Shown in pieces: positions 19,910-29,479 of a DNA stretch of 64,000 nucleotides. The first letter of the stretch is position 1; every line of letters starts with the position of its first letter. The translations under genes were made by a program, and so were the position numbers. The notes beneath the pieces are model-generated. The model was not told the DNA's origin and made no database searches. It worked only from the letters and a program-made list of their open reading frames with translations. The stretch is from NCBI GenBank assembly GCA_963933835.1, contig CAWVVV010000005.1:1-64000 (forward strand), in the 5' to 3' direction. The stretch is from an uncultured Puniceicoccaceae bacterium. GTDB lineage: Bacteria; Verrucomicrobiota; Verrucomicrobiia; Opitutales; Oceanipulchritudinaceae.

Positions 19910-22012
19910 ATGATTGGACTTAATGAGGGGTTCTCAGACCAGCCGCAGGCTCGCGACGCGAGCTCTTCTGTGGCACAGGAGCTTCCAGGCTTGATCGAAT
20001 CGCTTTTCAGCAAGAACGGGGCGCTCGTCAATCAGCTCGACCTCGAGTACCGCCCAGAACAAAGCCAGATGGCGCTTGCCGTTGCACAGTCGATGGCGGC
20101 CAACCAACCGCTGCTTTTCGAGGCTGGGACAGGCGTTGGCAAGAGTCTCGCCTACCTCGTGCCGGGCCTGGTGTTTGCTCAAATGTCGAAACGTCCCTGT
20201 GTCGTTTCAAGCCACACGATTGCGCTCCAAGAGCAGATTTTGCATCAAGATCTAGAGCTCTGCCGCCGTCTATTTGAACAGTTGCCACCTCTGCGGCCAT
20301 TTGCCGATTTCAAGGTATCGCTCTTAGTCGGACGAGGAAACTACCTTTGCGGCACCCGTTTGGCTCGAGCCATTGAGAGTAAAACTGAACTCTTCCCGAC
20401 CGAGCAGATGGCACAACTCGAGCTCATCTCCGACTGGTCCAACGCTACAGACACGGGCCTCTACCAGGAGCTTAGCCCCGGCCCGAGCAACGAGGTCTGG
20501 GAATGGGTCAACGCAGACAGCCACGCCTGCAACAAACGCAACTGCAGCTCCGAGACCTGTTACTACCGGCGCGCCCTTGAAAAGGTGCGTAAATCGAATC
20601 TTGTCATCGTCAACCACGCCCTTCTTTTCGCTCTCGTTGGAGCAGGGGCGCAGCCGGGTGGCGAGCGGCGCGGGATACTCTTTCCAGAAGACTTCGTCGT
20701 CCTTGATGAAGCCCACCGGGTGCCCGCGGTCGCCGCGGAGCACTTTGGAATCCGCCTGAGCTCTTACGGTTTTGATCGTATGATGGGCCGCCTCTATTCG
20801 ACACGAGGCAAAGGGAAGAAAGCGCGCGGCCTCCTTGCGTTGGTCGGGAGCGACGCTCTGCGGGCTTCGGTGCGGCGATGTCGGACCGCCGGCACAACCT
20901 TCTTTGCCCAGATCGATATTGATCATCTATCGAAGCAAGACGTCGTGAGATGCCACAACCCCGGCTGGGTCAAAAACGATTTCGTAGAGCCCCTCAGCGA
21001 ACTACTGAAAGGGTTGGGGGATCTCTATAATCGCCTCGAGGATGGCCCGACGAGAGATGAAATCAAAGGTGCCCGAAGCCAGGTCAACAGCACCATTGCC
21101 TCCCTTCGCGAATGCCTCGAGATCGCCGACGACACTAGCGTCTACTGGATTGAACGGACGGGTAAACGCAAAACGACGATCACTCTGCGTTCGGCACCGA
21201 TCGATGTTGCTCCACTCCTGCGCGAGCACATTTTCAGACGGCAAACAAGTGTTACACTAACGAGTGCCACCCTCGCGGAAGGCACATCGATGGAAAGCTT
21301 TCAGGCTAAGGTCGGAGCTGAGGGTATTTATTCGGAGCAAGTGTATTCACCTTTTGACTACGAATCGAATACACGGATTTTTATCGCAACCGATGCTCCA
21401 TCGCCTTCGCGAGCGAACGCACGACTCGATGTCGCTTACCTAGGAGAGATGATCAGCTCCTGCGTAGAGCAGTTTAAGGGCGGAAGCCTCGTGCTCTTCA
21501 CGAGTTATCGAGACTTACAGGCAGCTGCTGAAATCGTTCAGCCACAGCTCCAGAAACTCGGGCGCCCGTGCCTCCTTCAGGGGCGAGATGGCTCTCGCCA
21601 AGACCTCGCACGGCAGATGAAAGCGGCTGGAAACGCGGTGCTCTTTGGAACCGAAAGTTTTTGGACCGGCATCGATGTCGCCGGACCAGCATTGTCACAA
21701 GTTATCGTTACACGCCTGCCTTTCGGGAACCCGTCACATCCGATCGCTCAGGCAAAAGCAGAGTATTGCGAGGCACGTGGCGGTCGCCCGTTTCAAGAGA
21801 TCACAATTCCAGAAGCAGTGATTAAATTTCGCCAAGGCATCGGGCGATTGATACGCCGTAAAAGCGACAAAGGCACGATCACGATTCTTGATAGCCGTAT
21901 CCTTGATCGACCTTACGGTCGTGAATTCCTCAGCGTGCTTCCCAAAAGGGAGTTTGAGCGTATCAACCGCGCAAATCTAAAGACCGCCTTCCAGGCCCTT
22001 GAGTCGACCTAA
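19910..22012 (+). CDS. dinG: ATP-dependent DNA helicase DinG/YoaA family
   Basis: Q motif RPEQ, EAGTGVGKSLAY, Fe-S cysteines (YLC, C...NC....CYY), DEAH, TSATL, FWTGIDV, FRQGIGRLIR. Confidence 0.9.
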   Translation: MIGLNEGFSDQPQARDASSSVAQELPGLIESLFSKNGALVNQLDLEYRPEQSQMALAVAQSMAANQPLLFEAGTGVGKSLAYLVPGLVFAQMSKRPCVVSSHTIALQEQILHQDLELCRRLFEQLPPLRPFADFKVSLLVGRGNYLCGTRLARAIESKTELFPTEQMAQLELISDWSNATDTGLYQELSPGPSNEVWEWVNADSHACNKRNCSSETCYYRRALEKVRKSNLVIVNHALLFALVGAGAQPGGERRGILFPEDFVVLDEAHRVPAVAAEHFGIRLSSYGFDRMMGRLYSTRGKGKKARGLLALVGSDALRASVRRCRTAGTTFFAQIDIDHLSKQDVVRCHNPGWVKNDFVEPLSELLKGLGDLYNRLEDGPTRDEIKGARSQVNSTIASLRECLEIADDTSVYWIERTGKRKTTITLRSAPIDVAPLLREHIFRRQTSVTLTSATLAEGTSMESFQAKVGAEGIYSEQVYSPFDYESNTRIFIATDAPSPSRANARLDVAYLGEMISSCVEQFKGGSLVLFTSYRDLQAAAEIVQPQLQKLGRPCLLQGRDGSRQDLARQMKAAGNAVLFGTESFWTGIDVAGPALSQVIVTRLPFGNPSHPIAQAKAEYCEARGGRPFQEITIPEAVIKFRQGIGRLIRRKSDKGTITILDSRILDRPYGREFLSVLPKREFERINRANLKTAFQALEST

Positions 22013-22034
22013 AGAAAGGGAACCCCTAGCTGAA

Positions 22035-23186
22035 TCAGCTACCGGGCGATTCGAGCGACACATCGTCGCGTATTTCTTCCTCAGGCAGTAAAGACTTTTT
22101 GGGAAGCAACGGGCTTGGCTCATCAGTCAGGGCATCTTCCCGACGGGGATTCGCAACCGTCGGAATAGCAACGGGGCGGAGCACTTGAAGCGGCTCGTTC
22201 GAGGGGCGCTTAGCAAGCTTTACAGTGAGCGCGACAGGTTCGTTGTCTCTCAAAACTTCTACTTCTACGAACTGCCCAACCCGTGTATAAAACATCGCAT
22301 TTCGGAGTTCATCAATCGAACTGACGCTGTAATCACCGATTTGCAGTAGAATGTCATCAGGCATTAAACCCGCTTCGTATGCGGGGGTGTCAGGTTCGAC
22401 AATCGCGAGTGCCAAATGCTGGCCTAGGGCGATCGAAGACACATTTCTGACTTCAAAACCCATCCACCCAAACTCGACCGCGCCGGTGGAAAACAAATCA
22501 TCACGAACTCTCATCGCAGCACGCGCTGGAAGCACATAAGAGGAATCAATTTCATTGAGGGTTCCGACCTGGATACCCACTAAACGTCCGGTGAGATCCA
22601 AATATGCAGCGCCCCCCTCACCAGGCCCGGCAGCATGCGTCACACGGATATAGTTGCAGGGGAAAAGCTGATTGCCGACCGAGCTCTCAATTCCGCCCAC
22701 CATGGTGAGCCGTGGCGTCGGGCCGAGGCGCATGGGCATGCTCATACGGATCAGCATTTGGCCCATCTGAGGCAGCTCAGCAGCATCGCTGAGGTGAAGA
22801 AAACCAAAATCTGGAGGTAAGGTATCTGCGAGTAAAACGGCCAAGTTTGTGGCCCGATCAAAACCGATCAGAGTGGCCGCATACTCCACGCCCCGATGCT
22901 CAAGCCAGATTCGCTCATGGATGGCGACGGTCGAGGCATTCGTTAGCACGTGCCCTTTGCCGCTTACAAAAAAACCGGTACCGATGATGACGCGCGCTGG
23001 CTGACCCTCTTCGGCCAACTCTCGTGCAGCTGATACCCGAACAAGTGAATTGCTGTGATCTGCAACTAAGTCGATGATACGGCTCTCAAGCGCGACAATT
23101 GAACTCTGTCCCCTGGTCTCAGGAATCAGGCTCAGACCACAGAGCAGGCAAACGGCCCAACTCAAACATACAAAGCTATGACGCAT
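22035..23186 (-). CDS. HtrA/DegS-like trypsin-fold and PDZ protein, predicted catalytically inactive
   Basis: Signal peptide; IGTGFFVS..GHVLTNAS; GFDRATNLAVL; PGEGGA; GWMGF and PDZ (TPAYEAGL..DDIL). Confidence 0.85.
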   Translation of the reverse strand: MRHSFVCLSWAVCLLCGLSLIPETRGQSSIVALESRIIDLVADHSNSLVRVSAARELAEEGQPARVIIGTGFFVSGKGHVLTNASTVAIHERIWLEHRGVEYAATLIGFDRATNLAVLLADTLPPDFGFLHLSDAAELPQMGQMLIRMSMPMRLGPTPRLTMVGGIESSVGNQLFPCNYIRVTHAAGPGEGGAAYLDLTGRLVGIQVGTLNEIDSSYVLPARAAMRVRDDLFSTGAVEFGWMGFEVRNVSSIALGQHLALAIVEPDTPAYEAGLMPDDILLQIGDYSVSSIDELRNAMFYTRVGQFVEVEVLRDNEPVALTVKLAKRPSNEPLQVLRPVAIPTVANPRREDALTDEPSPLLPKKSLLPEEEIRDDVSLESPGS

Positions 23187-23207
23187 CACGGGCAGCGATC
23201 TCTCAGC

Positions 23208-23807
23208 CTAAAAACGAGCAATCGCCCGCTCGACGGTAAAGGTCGGTTCAAAGCGATCTGATTGGCCGTAGGAATCAGAAACGAACTGAGCGCTACCATA
23301 CGACTGACCAGAAAAGACTGGGTTGGCATGCACACTCTCAAATCCGCGTGAATCCGACTCAGCGATGAGCGCATCGATAACGAACTCGGCAGATCTGGAA
23401 GTTCGGGCTGAAGCGAGCTGAACATTTTCCCGAAGACTCGGCGTAAAGGTATCTCGAGACGTCTCGAAAGCCGGAGATTCAGAGACGACCACCTGGTCCT
23501 GGGCGGTGATCGACGGCTCCACCGACCCTTGTCCAAACTGGGCAAAATTTATGGTACCGGTTTGAAAGGCTAGGACCCAAACAGCCGCTGCGGCTGTGGC
23601 AAATCCGGCACCACCAAGAAAGAGTCCACGCACCCAGCGGAACGAGGCCATTTTCTCAGGAACCGATTCTTCCGTCATGAGGACACGGAGCCGTCGACGC
23701 TCAAAATCTTGATCAAATTGCTCCCAGAAATCGCTGTCGGGGGATTCGTGCCGCTTAAGCTTAAGCAGGTCCTCGACTTTGATCGGTTTATTTGGAGAAC
23801 TAGGCAT
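23208..23807 (-). CDS. Putative single-pass anti-sigma factor
   Basis: Starts 5 nt after the ECF sigma stop; cytoplasmic N-terminus (EDLLKLKRHESPDSDFW..F), one TM, low-complexity periplasmic part. Confidence 0.65.
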   Translation of the reverse strand: MPSSPNKPIKVEDLLKLKRHESPDSDFWEQFDQDFERRRLRVLMTEESVPEKMASFRWVRGLFLGGAGFATAAAAVWVLAFQTGTINFAQFGQGSVEPSITAQDQVVVSESPAFETSRDTFTPSLRENVQLASARTSRSAEFVIDALIAESDSRGFESVHANPVFSGQSYGSAQFVSDSYGQSDRFEPTFTVERAIARF

Positions 23808-23812
23808 ATAGG

Positions 23813-24481
23813 CTATTTAAGGTAATCCTGCAGGTAGGCTTGCAGTTGCTGCTTCGCGTAGTGAAGGCGCGAGCGGACCGTGCCGACCGAACAACCCATG
23901 ATATCGGATATTTCTAAGTGGGAGAGACCTTCGATCTCGAAGAGCACGACCACTGTCCGGTGCTTAGGGGAAAGTTTTTGCAGAGCCTCGTTTAGGCGCT
24001 CCTGAAGCTCACTAATGATCGCTCCTTTTTCCGTCTTTGTTTTGGCGGAGAGGACTTCAACGATCTCACTAGAGCTCGCCTCATCGTTGATATTCTCAAG
24101 CGAGAAAAAGCGACGTAGGCGGTGTTTCTTGAGATGGCTGAGGGAGGTATTGACCGCGATGCGGTAGAGCCAAGTGAAGAAGGAGGACTTGCCTTGAAAA
24201 CGGCCGATCGAACGAAAGGCCTTGATGAAGGAATCTTGAACGAGATCGGCAGCATCTTCCCGATTGGACGTCATATTATAAACGACTGAAAAGAGTCGTT
24301 CACGATACTTCGTGACAAGAAAATCAAACGCGGCGACGTCCCCATCTTGAACCCGACGCACGTAAGCTGCTTCGATGCTAGCCTCGGTCGTGTCCTTAGA
24401 AGTGGTTTTGTCAGCAGTTGCTTCTTGCTCAATCGGGTTAGAGAAAGCCATTGAAGCCTTAACAGTGTGTGCGATCGTCAT
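23813..24481 (-). CDS. ECF RNA polymerase sigma factor (RpoE-like)
   Basis: GDVAAFDFLV.KY, DAADLVQDSFIKAF, FFTWLYRIAVN, LFEIEGLSH.EIS.IMGC.VGTVRSRLHYA. Confidence 0.93.
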   Translation of the reverse strand: MTIAHTVKASMAFSNPIEQEATADKTTSKDTTEASIEAAYVRRVQDGDVAAFDFLVTKYRERLFSVVYNMTSNREDAADLVQDSFIKAFRSIGRFQGKSSFFTWLYRIAVNTSLSHLKKHRLRRFFSLENINDEASSSEIVEVLSAKTKTEKGAIISELQERLNEALQKLSPKHRTVVVLFEIEGLSHLEISDIMGCSVGTVRSRLHYAKQQLQAYLQDYLK

Positions 24482-24519
24482 AGTTGGCAATGGGTTTTAT
24501 ATATAAACAGCTACAGAGT

Positions 24520-24545
24520 AAGACGCTGTTTTCAGCTAGAGGTTC
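24520..24545 (-). promoter_or_regulatory. Putative autoregulatory ECF promoter
   Basis: Minus strand GAACC-N16-GTCTT, 38 nt upstream of the sigma ATG at 24481; fits the sigmaE-type GAAC..GTC consensus. Confidence 0.65.
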
Positions 24546-24611
24546 GAAAGTTCTGGAAAATTCCAGCCCTACCCCCGGTCCGATGTATCCGCTCCGGTAT
24601 GACGACGGTTC

Positions 24612-25634
24612 CTACGACGCAGGGATATATTTGTCGATTGCCCCGGAAATAAACCCAAGAAGCCCCAGCAGTGGCACGATTTTCTCTGACCCTTCATAGG
24701 GCTTCAGAGCCTTTTCTGAAGCCACTAATCGGTCGATGAAGGCTTGGCGCACGTCAGGTAAGACCGCATACTTTTCAAGCTGCCCGATGAGAGCGTCCAT
24801 CGTCACATCTCCACTTACTAGCTCCGCCTGCAGCGCCTCCTTTTCTTGCTCCGGAAGGCGCTCCAAGAGCAGAAGAATGGGCAAAGTGAACTTTCCGCTT
24901 TCGAGATCTGTGCCGAGAGTTTTTCCAGCAGAATCTTCGCGATCCAATAGATCTGTGACGTCGTCGTAAACTTGGTAGGCAATCCCGAGCTCGCGGGCAA
25001 ATGTAGCAACAGACGCGACGTATGCTGCGTCTCCCCCACTCAAGAAGGCCCCGATGTGTGCAGAAGCAGCGAAAAGCTCAGCTGTTTTCAGGTCGATCAT
25101 ACGGTAGTAGCGTTCGATCGAAAGATCCGTCTCACCGCGCGCGAAACACTGTGAGATCTCACCCGAACAGACCTGCCTCGTAGCCTGCGAAACGACACGA
25201 CAGACATCGACGGTATCGAAATCCGAGGCGAGTTTTAGAGCATGCGCAAAAATCGCGTCACCGAGCAGCACTGCGACGTCGATCCCATCCTTCGCAGAGA
25301 CAGTGGGCGTGCGGTGGCGTAGCGTGGCCTCATCAAGAATATCGTCATGAACGAGGGTCGCGAGATGGATAAACTCGACGACGGCGGCACCTCGGAGGAG
25401 CTCTTCACTCGCGGGAGTTCCGTTCAGACCCGCGCCAAAAAAGACCAAGAGCGGGCGTAGTTTCTTACCACTGTGGCCGAGCGTGTAGCGCACGAGGGGG
25501 CGCACCTCGGGCTCAAAAGCCTCTAATTCATTGAGTAGAAAGGCTTCCAATCTGCGCAAGTCATCCTCAACAGGGAGGGCAACGGCAGCGATCCCTTCGG
25601 GTCGGGCTGAGAGTTCCGCGGGCTGTTCCGGCAT
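24612..25634 (-). CDS. Polyprenyl diphosphate synthase (IspB/HepT family)
   Basis: GKKLRP, HLATLVHDDILD, LLGD, KTAELF, AYQVYDDVTD, GKTLGTDL..GK.TLP. Confidence 0.92.
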   Translation of the reverse strand: MPEQPAELSARPEGIAAVALPVEDDLRRLEAFLLNELEAFEPEVRPLVRYTLGHSGKKLRPLLVFFGAGLNGTPASEELLRGAAVVEFIHLATLVHDDILDEATLRHRTPTVSAKDGIDVAVLLGDAIFAHALKLASDFDTVDVCRVVSQATRQVCSGEISQCFARGETDLSIERYYRMIDLKTAELFAASAHIGAFLSGGDAAYVASVATFARELGIAYQVYDDVTDLLDREDSAGKTLGTDLESGKFTLPILLLLERLPEQEKEALQAELVSGDVTMDALIGQLEKYAVLPDVRQAFIDRLVASEKALKPYEGSEKIVPLLGLLGFISGAIDKYIPAS

Positions 25635-25719
25635 TCATAAAATGGGGCACAGGCACTTCTAAAAGGCAAGAGACTTGCATCGATCACTCAGCGACTCATC
25701 GTCGATCAAAACTGACCAC

Positions 25720-26346
25720 ATGACCGAAAACCCCGTCTTCATTGTCCTCACTCTCGTTGCATCCGGCTATATCTTTAATCTCTGGAGGCAGGACTACCAA
25801 GCCTTTCGCGCTGGAAAGGGATTTGGCAACCCACTCCCTGGAGCGTCACCCGTAACGCTGAGTTGGGTCGTCATCGGGGTGGTCGTATCCCTCATAATCG
25901 TAGGCGTTGAGACCGCGGGTGAAATCGCACTGGGCGTCTCCGAAGACCAGAGCTCCGTGGTAGTGATTTCGCTCATACCCTTCATTTGCGCAGGTTTTAT
26001 GGAGGAGCTCATCTTTCGGGGCTTCGCCTTTTACGACAAGAAGGGGCCAAAGATTCTGTGGCTTTCAATCATTGGCGCGTCCCTCCTTTTCGCCCTCGCA
26101 CACATCCAATACTACACAGAGCCCGTTGAAGGTGGCGCGTGGTGGGAGAAGGTGCTGAAAATCGACCCACAATCGAGTTGGTCTTTGCTCATCCTCTTTG
26201 TGAATTCGATCTGGTTCTACATCCTTCGCTTCGCCGCGATAAATAAGCATCGCTCACTCATTCCCTGCTTTGCCGCTCACATTGGGAGCAATGTTGGGGT
26301 TTTCGTGGTCAAACTAAGCCAAGGCCACGTCACCGGCTGGCTCTAA
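25720..26346 (+). CDS. CPBP (CAAX/Abi) intramembrane glutamic endopeptidase
   Basis: EELIFRG, LLFALAH, AAHIGSN motifs; multiple TMs. Confidence 0.85.
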   Translation: MTENPVFIVLTLVASGYIFNLWRQDYQAFRAGKGFGNPLPGASPVTLSWVVIGVVVSLIIVGVETAGEIALGVSEDQSSVVVISLIPFICAGFMEELIFRGFAFYDKKGPKILWLSIIGASLLFALAHIQYYTEPVEGGAWWEKVLKIDPQSSWSLLILFVNSIWFYILRFAAINKHRSLIPCFAAHIGSNVGVFVVKLSQGHVTGWL

Positions 26347-26379
26347 GCATACACGACAACGAAACAACGCTTCGCGGTC

Positions 26380-27219
26380 TCAATAGACTTTAGAAGGCTG
26401 GCTTGTTCGCTCTTCGCCATCCGTATCAAGCGTCACTCGGATCGGAATCAAACACATCGCTTCGACAATCTTCAGGCCTGCTTGTTCAGTGTTTTCTGGA
26501 AAGAAGTATTGGCCATCTGGATACGTCCGCAGATAGCCATATCCGCGTTCGCCCCAATTGTTCAGCATCAGCCCACCGCGGCGATCAACGGCGACGAGAT
26601 TGAGGGCATGCAACTCACCTAGTTCACTACCCGGCCCATCCTCCACGACTTGCCCGATTAAGATACCGGCACGCTGACTTTTCACAAAGCCTAGCAGATC
26701 GACAATTTTGAGCGGCGTTTTGAAAGAGCGCACCGCCATACGGACCTTTCCTTCGCTCAACTCGCCTGCCAAGTGATCCATCGTCGCGGCGATTTGAGCT
26801 CGATTGGAACCAACTCGACGCTCGGAAAGATCCTGACGCATGTTTCGAATCTGCTCATCGATCAATGCGAAGGTCTCCTTTACATGCGTAGCGTCATCTA
26901 CGCGAAGGGCAGGCGCACCAAAGCAGCCGAGGTTTTCCATCCAGAGCAGCCAGTTCAGTGCAGCGGTTGGACCACAACCTGACTCCGGTTCGGGAAAGTC
27001 GCCTTGATCATAGGAAGGCACTCGTCGCCGAGCATCACCTCGCCTCAGAGCCACTTCCTGCCCCTGAAGGGCGGTTCGGTAGAAGTTTCCATCACCCTCG
27101 ATCACCCGCCATTCGATCGTCTCCCAGGGCTGAGCAACGGCCGCTGACAAGGCACACGAAACGAGCGAGAGCCCTAGCAGCACCCCGCCCCAAACCCCAA
27201 ACTTTCGAGAATAGCGCAT
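26380..27219 (-). CDS. Secreted papain-fold (C39-like) cysteine peptidase, putative
   Basis: Signal peptide; VPSYDQ, GCGPTAA (Cys), HALNLVA (His), NNWG. Confidence 0.55.
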   Translation of the reverse strand: MRYSRKFGVWGGVLLGLSLVSCALSAAVAQPWETIEWRVIEGDGNFYRTALQGQEVALRRGDARRRVPSYDQGDFPEPESGCGPTAALNWLLWMENLGCFGAPALRVDDATHVKETFALIDEQIRNMRQDLSERRVGSNRAQIAATMDHLAGELSEGKVRMAVRSFKTPLKIVDLLGFVKSQRAGILIGQVVEDGPGSELGELHALNLVAVDRRGGLMLNNWGERGYGYLRTYPDGQYFFPENTEQAGLKIVEAMCLIPIRVTLDTDGEERTSQPSKVY

Positions 27220-27345
27220 CCTTTACCTCTAATATCGTCCTCTGAGAGACGTTTTTCTCTCGGAAGACGCGTCCGAAGGCTCTTTTTTGAGCCGCTTTAG
27301 ATTGGACGAGCTTTTCGCTAGAGCCACTTTAAGGAACGCTGACAC

Positions 27346-28968
27346 ATGATTCAGATAAAGGACCTCACCCTCGCCTACGGGCCAAAAAAGATTTTCGACA
27401 GTATTTCGGGCATTATTCATGGCCACGATCGCATTGCGCTCGTCGGTGCAAATGGAACCGGTAAATCGACTTTATTCCGTGTCATCCTCAAGACAGAGGA
27501 ATACGACAAAGGGCAAATTGACCAGCCTGGCTACGTGAGCCTCGGCTACCTGCCCCAGGACGGTATCTCTGTCGAAGGACGGACACTCTACAAAGAAGTC
27601 GAAACCGCTTTCGGTGACGTCCTACAGCTCCAAGAGAAAATCGATACTGCATCTGAAAAGATGTATGAGATGGATCCGGAGGACGAAGCCTACTACGAGA
27701 TCATCGATCAGATTGGTGAATGGGAACAGGCGCTCGAAGAGCACGAACCCGCTAAAATGAAGTCCCGAATAGAGCGCACACTCGCGGGTCTTGGTTTCTC
27801 AAATAAAGATCTAGAGCGCGAAACGGGCGAATTTTCGGGAGGCTGGCAGATGCGAATCGCCCTCGCGAAACTCCTTATCGAGACCCCCTCCCTTCTCCTC
27901 CTCGATGAGCCAACGAATCACTTGGACATTCTCTCGCAGCATTGGCTGGAGGGTTACTTGGCAAACTATCGTGGAGCGCTCATGGTCATCTCTCACGACA
28001 AGGCCTTCCTCAATGCGATCACAAATCGCACATGGGAGCTAAAGTTTGGGCAGCTCGGTAACTACTCAGGCAACTACAGCTTCTACGAAAAAGAGTCTGC
28101 CGCGCGCATTAACGTGCAACGTAAGCAGTCAGCGAGTCAGCAAAAGGAAATCGCCCGGCAAAAGGAATTCATCAATCGCTTCCGCTCGAACATCAAGAAA
28201 GCTTCGATGGTTAAGAGTCGCGAGAAAGCCCTCGCGAAATTGGACATCATCGAAGTCGATCGGGAGGAGAAAAAAATCTTCTTCCGCTTTCAGCCTCCGC
28301 CTCCTTCCAGCCATAAAGTGGTCAAACTAGAGGGGCTGCACAAAGCTTATGGGGACAACGTCATTTTTCGAGATTTTGACCTCGAAATTTCGCACGGTGA
28401 CCGCATTGCCATCGTAGGTGTGAATGGAGCCGGCAAATCAACCTTAGCGCGTATTCTGGCAGGCACAGAGTCCTACCAAGAGGGAACGCGTGAACTCGGG
28501 ATCAACACCGTCATTGGTTACTTTGCTCAGCAGCAAGCTGAAGAACTCGAATCTTCCAGAAACGTCCTCGAAGAGGCGCAAAGCTCAATCCCGTCTGGCT
28601 CCGAGCTGAACCCGAGAGCCATTCTCGGTGCCCTACTCTTTCGGAAAGACGACCAAGTAAAGTCTATCAAGGTCCTCAGTGGTGGAGAGCGTAACCGGGT
28701 TGCGCTAGCCAAGATGCTGATGCGCCCGGCCAACTGCATCATTCTTGATGAGCCGACGAATCACTTGGATATCCGATCGAAGGAGGTCCTTCAGGACGCG
28801 ATCAAAGAGTTCAATGGAACCGTCATCCTCGTCAGCCACGACCGTGACTTTCTCGACCCCGTTGTCACGAAGGTGCTCGAAGTGCGCCCAGACGGATCAC
28901 GATTGCTCACGTGTAATGTGAGCGAATACATCAAACGCATCGAGTCTGAGGCCAACGTCGGCAAGTAA
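27346..28968 (+). CDS. ABC-F family ATP-binding protein
   Basis: Two ABC domains (GANGTGKST..FSGGWQMR..LDEPTNHLD; GVNGAGKST..LSGGERNR..LDEPTNHLD), no TM. Confidence 0.93.
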   Translation: MIQIKDLTLAYGPKKIFDSISGIIHGHDRIALVGANGTGKSTLFRVILKTEEYDKGQIDQPGYVSLGYLPQDGISVEGRTLYKEVETAFGDVLQLQEKIDTASEKMYEMDPEDEAYYEIIDQIGEWEQALEEHEPAKMKSRIERTLAGLGFSNKDLERETGEFSGGWQMRIALAKLLIETPSLLLLDEPTNHLDILSQHWLEGYLANYRGALMVISHDKAFLNAITNRTWELKFGQLGNYSGNYSFYEKESAARINVQRKQSASQQKEIARQKEFINRFRSNIKKASMVKSREKALAKLDIIEVDREEKKIFFRFQPPPPSSHKVVKLEGLHKAYGDNVIFRDFDLEISHGDRIAIVGVNGAGKSTLARILAGTESYQEGTRELGINTVIGYFAQQQAEELESSRNVLEEAQSSIPSGSELNPRAILGALLFRKDDQVKSIKVLSGGERNRVALAKMLMRPANCIILDEPTNHLDIRSKEVLQDAIKEFNGTVILVSHDRDFLDPVVTKVLEVRPDGSRLLTCNVSEYIKRIESEANVGK

Positions 28969-28996
28969 GACCCAATAGCAAATTAAACACTGACAG

Positions 28997-29062
28997 CGGA
29001 CGGCTGGGGACAGCCGTCCCTACCATCGCGTAAGAGGTAGGGCCGCCTGCCTCAGGGGGCCG
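28997..29062. repeat. Inverted pair of GTAG-type REP elements (REPIN-like doublet)
   Basis: The reverse complement of 28997-29024 is ggtagggacggctgtccccagccgtccg; 29036-29062 reads ggtagggccgcctgcctcagggggccg. Confidence 0.65.
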
Positions 29063-29183
29063 ATCACAGGAGCACAGCCCGCCAGTGTGCGGTCGGAAAC
29101 AGCTCCGTGAGGGGTTCAATTATAGGATCAGTGCAACGAACATGCGGCTTGCGGGGCGATTTAATCATTGAACGTTACTATCC

Positions 29184-29294
29184 ATGAGCTCGCAAGCTTT
29201 GATCTTTCTCACGGCCATGGCGACTAGGATGAATCGCAAACAGCAGCATGTAATCGAGTATCGCTTGAAAAAACGCAGCGTAATCAACACCTAA
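29184..29294 (+). mobile_element. Possible 5' stub of an IS/integrase-core transposase
   Basis: MSSQALIFLTAMATRMNRKQQHVIEYRLKKRSVINT* resembles, from recall, the N-terminal ...AGWMNRxQQxVIEYLxEENRVL motif of integrase-core transposases of PVC bacteria. Confidence 0.35.
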
Positions 29295-29479
29295 TACACA
29301 CACAAATTTGATCACTTTCCAAACACACGAGTTCGAAGAGCGTCCTCCTAGGATCCCCACATCTCGAGAATAGGGTCGAACAGCGGTCTGGTTTATGCAA
29401 ATGAGCCTTGAAACTAATACTTATTAACCTGTTTAGAACAGAATCCATCAACCGAAAACACCCCGAAATTTCCAAATTC

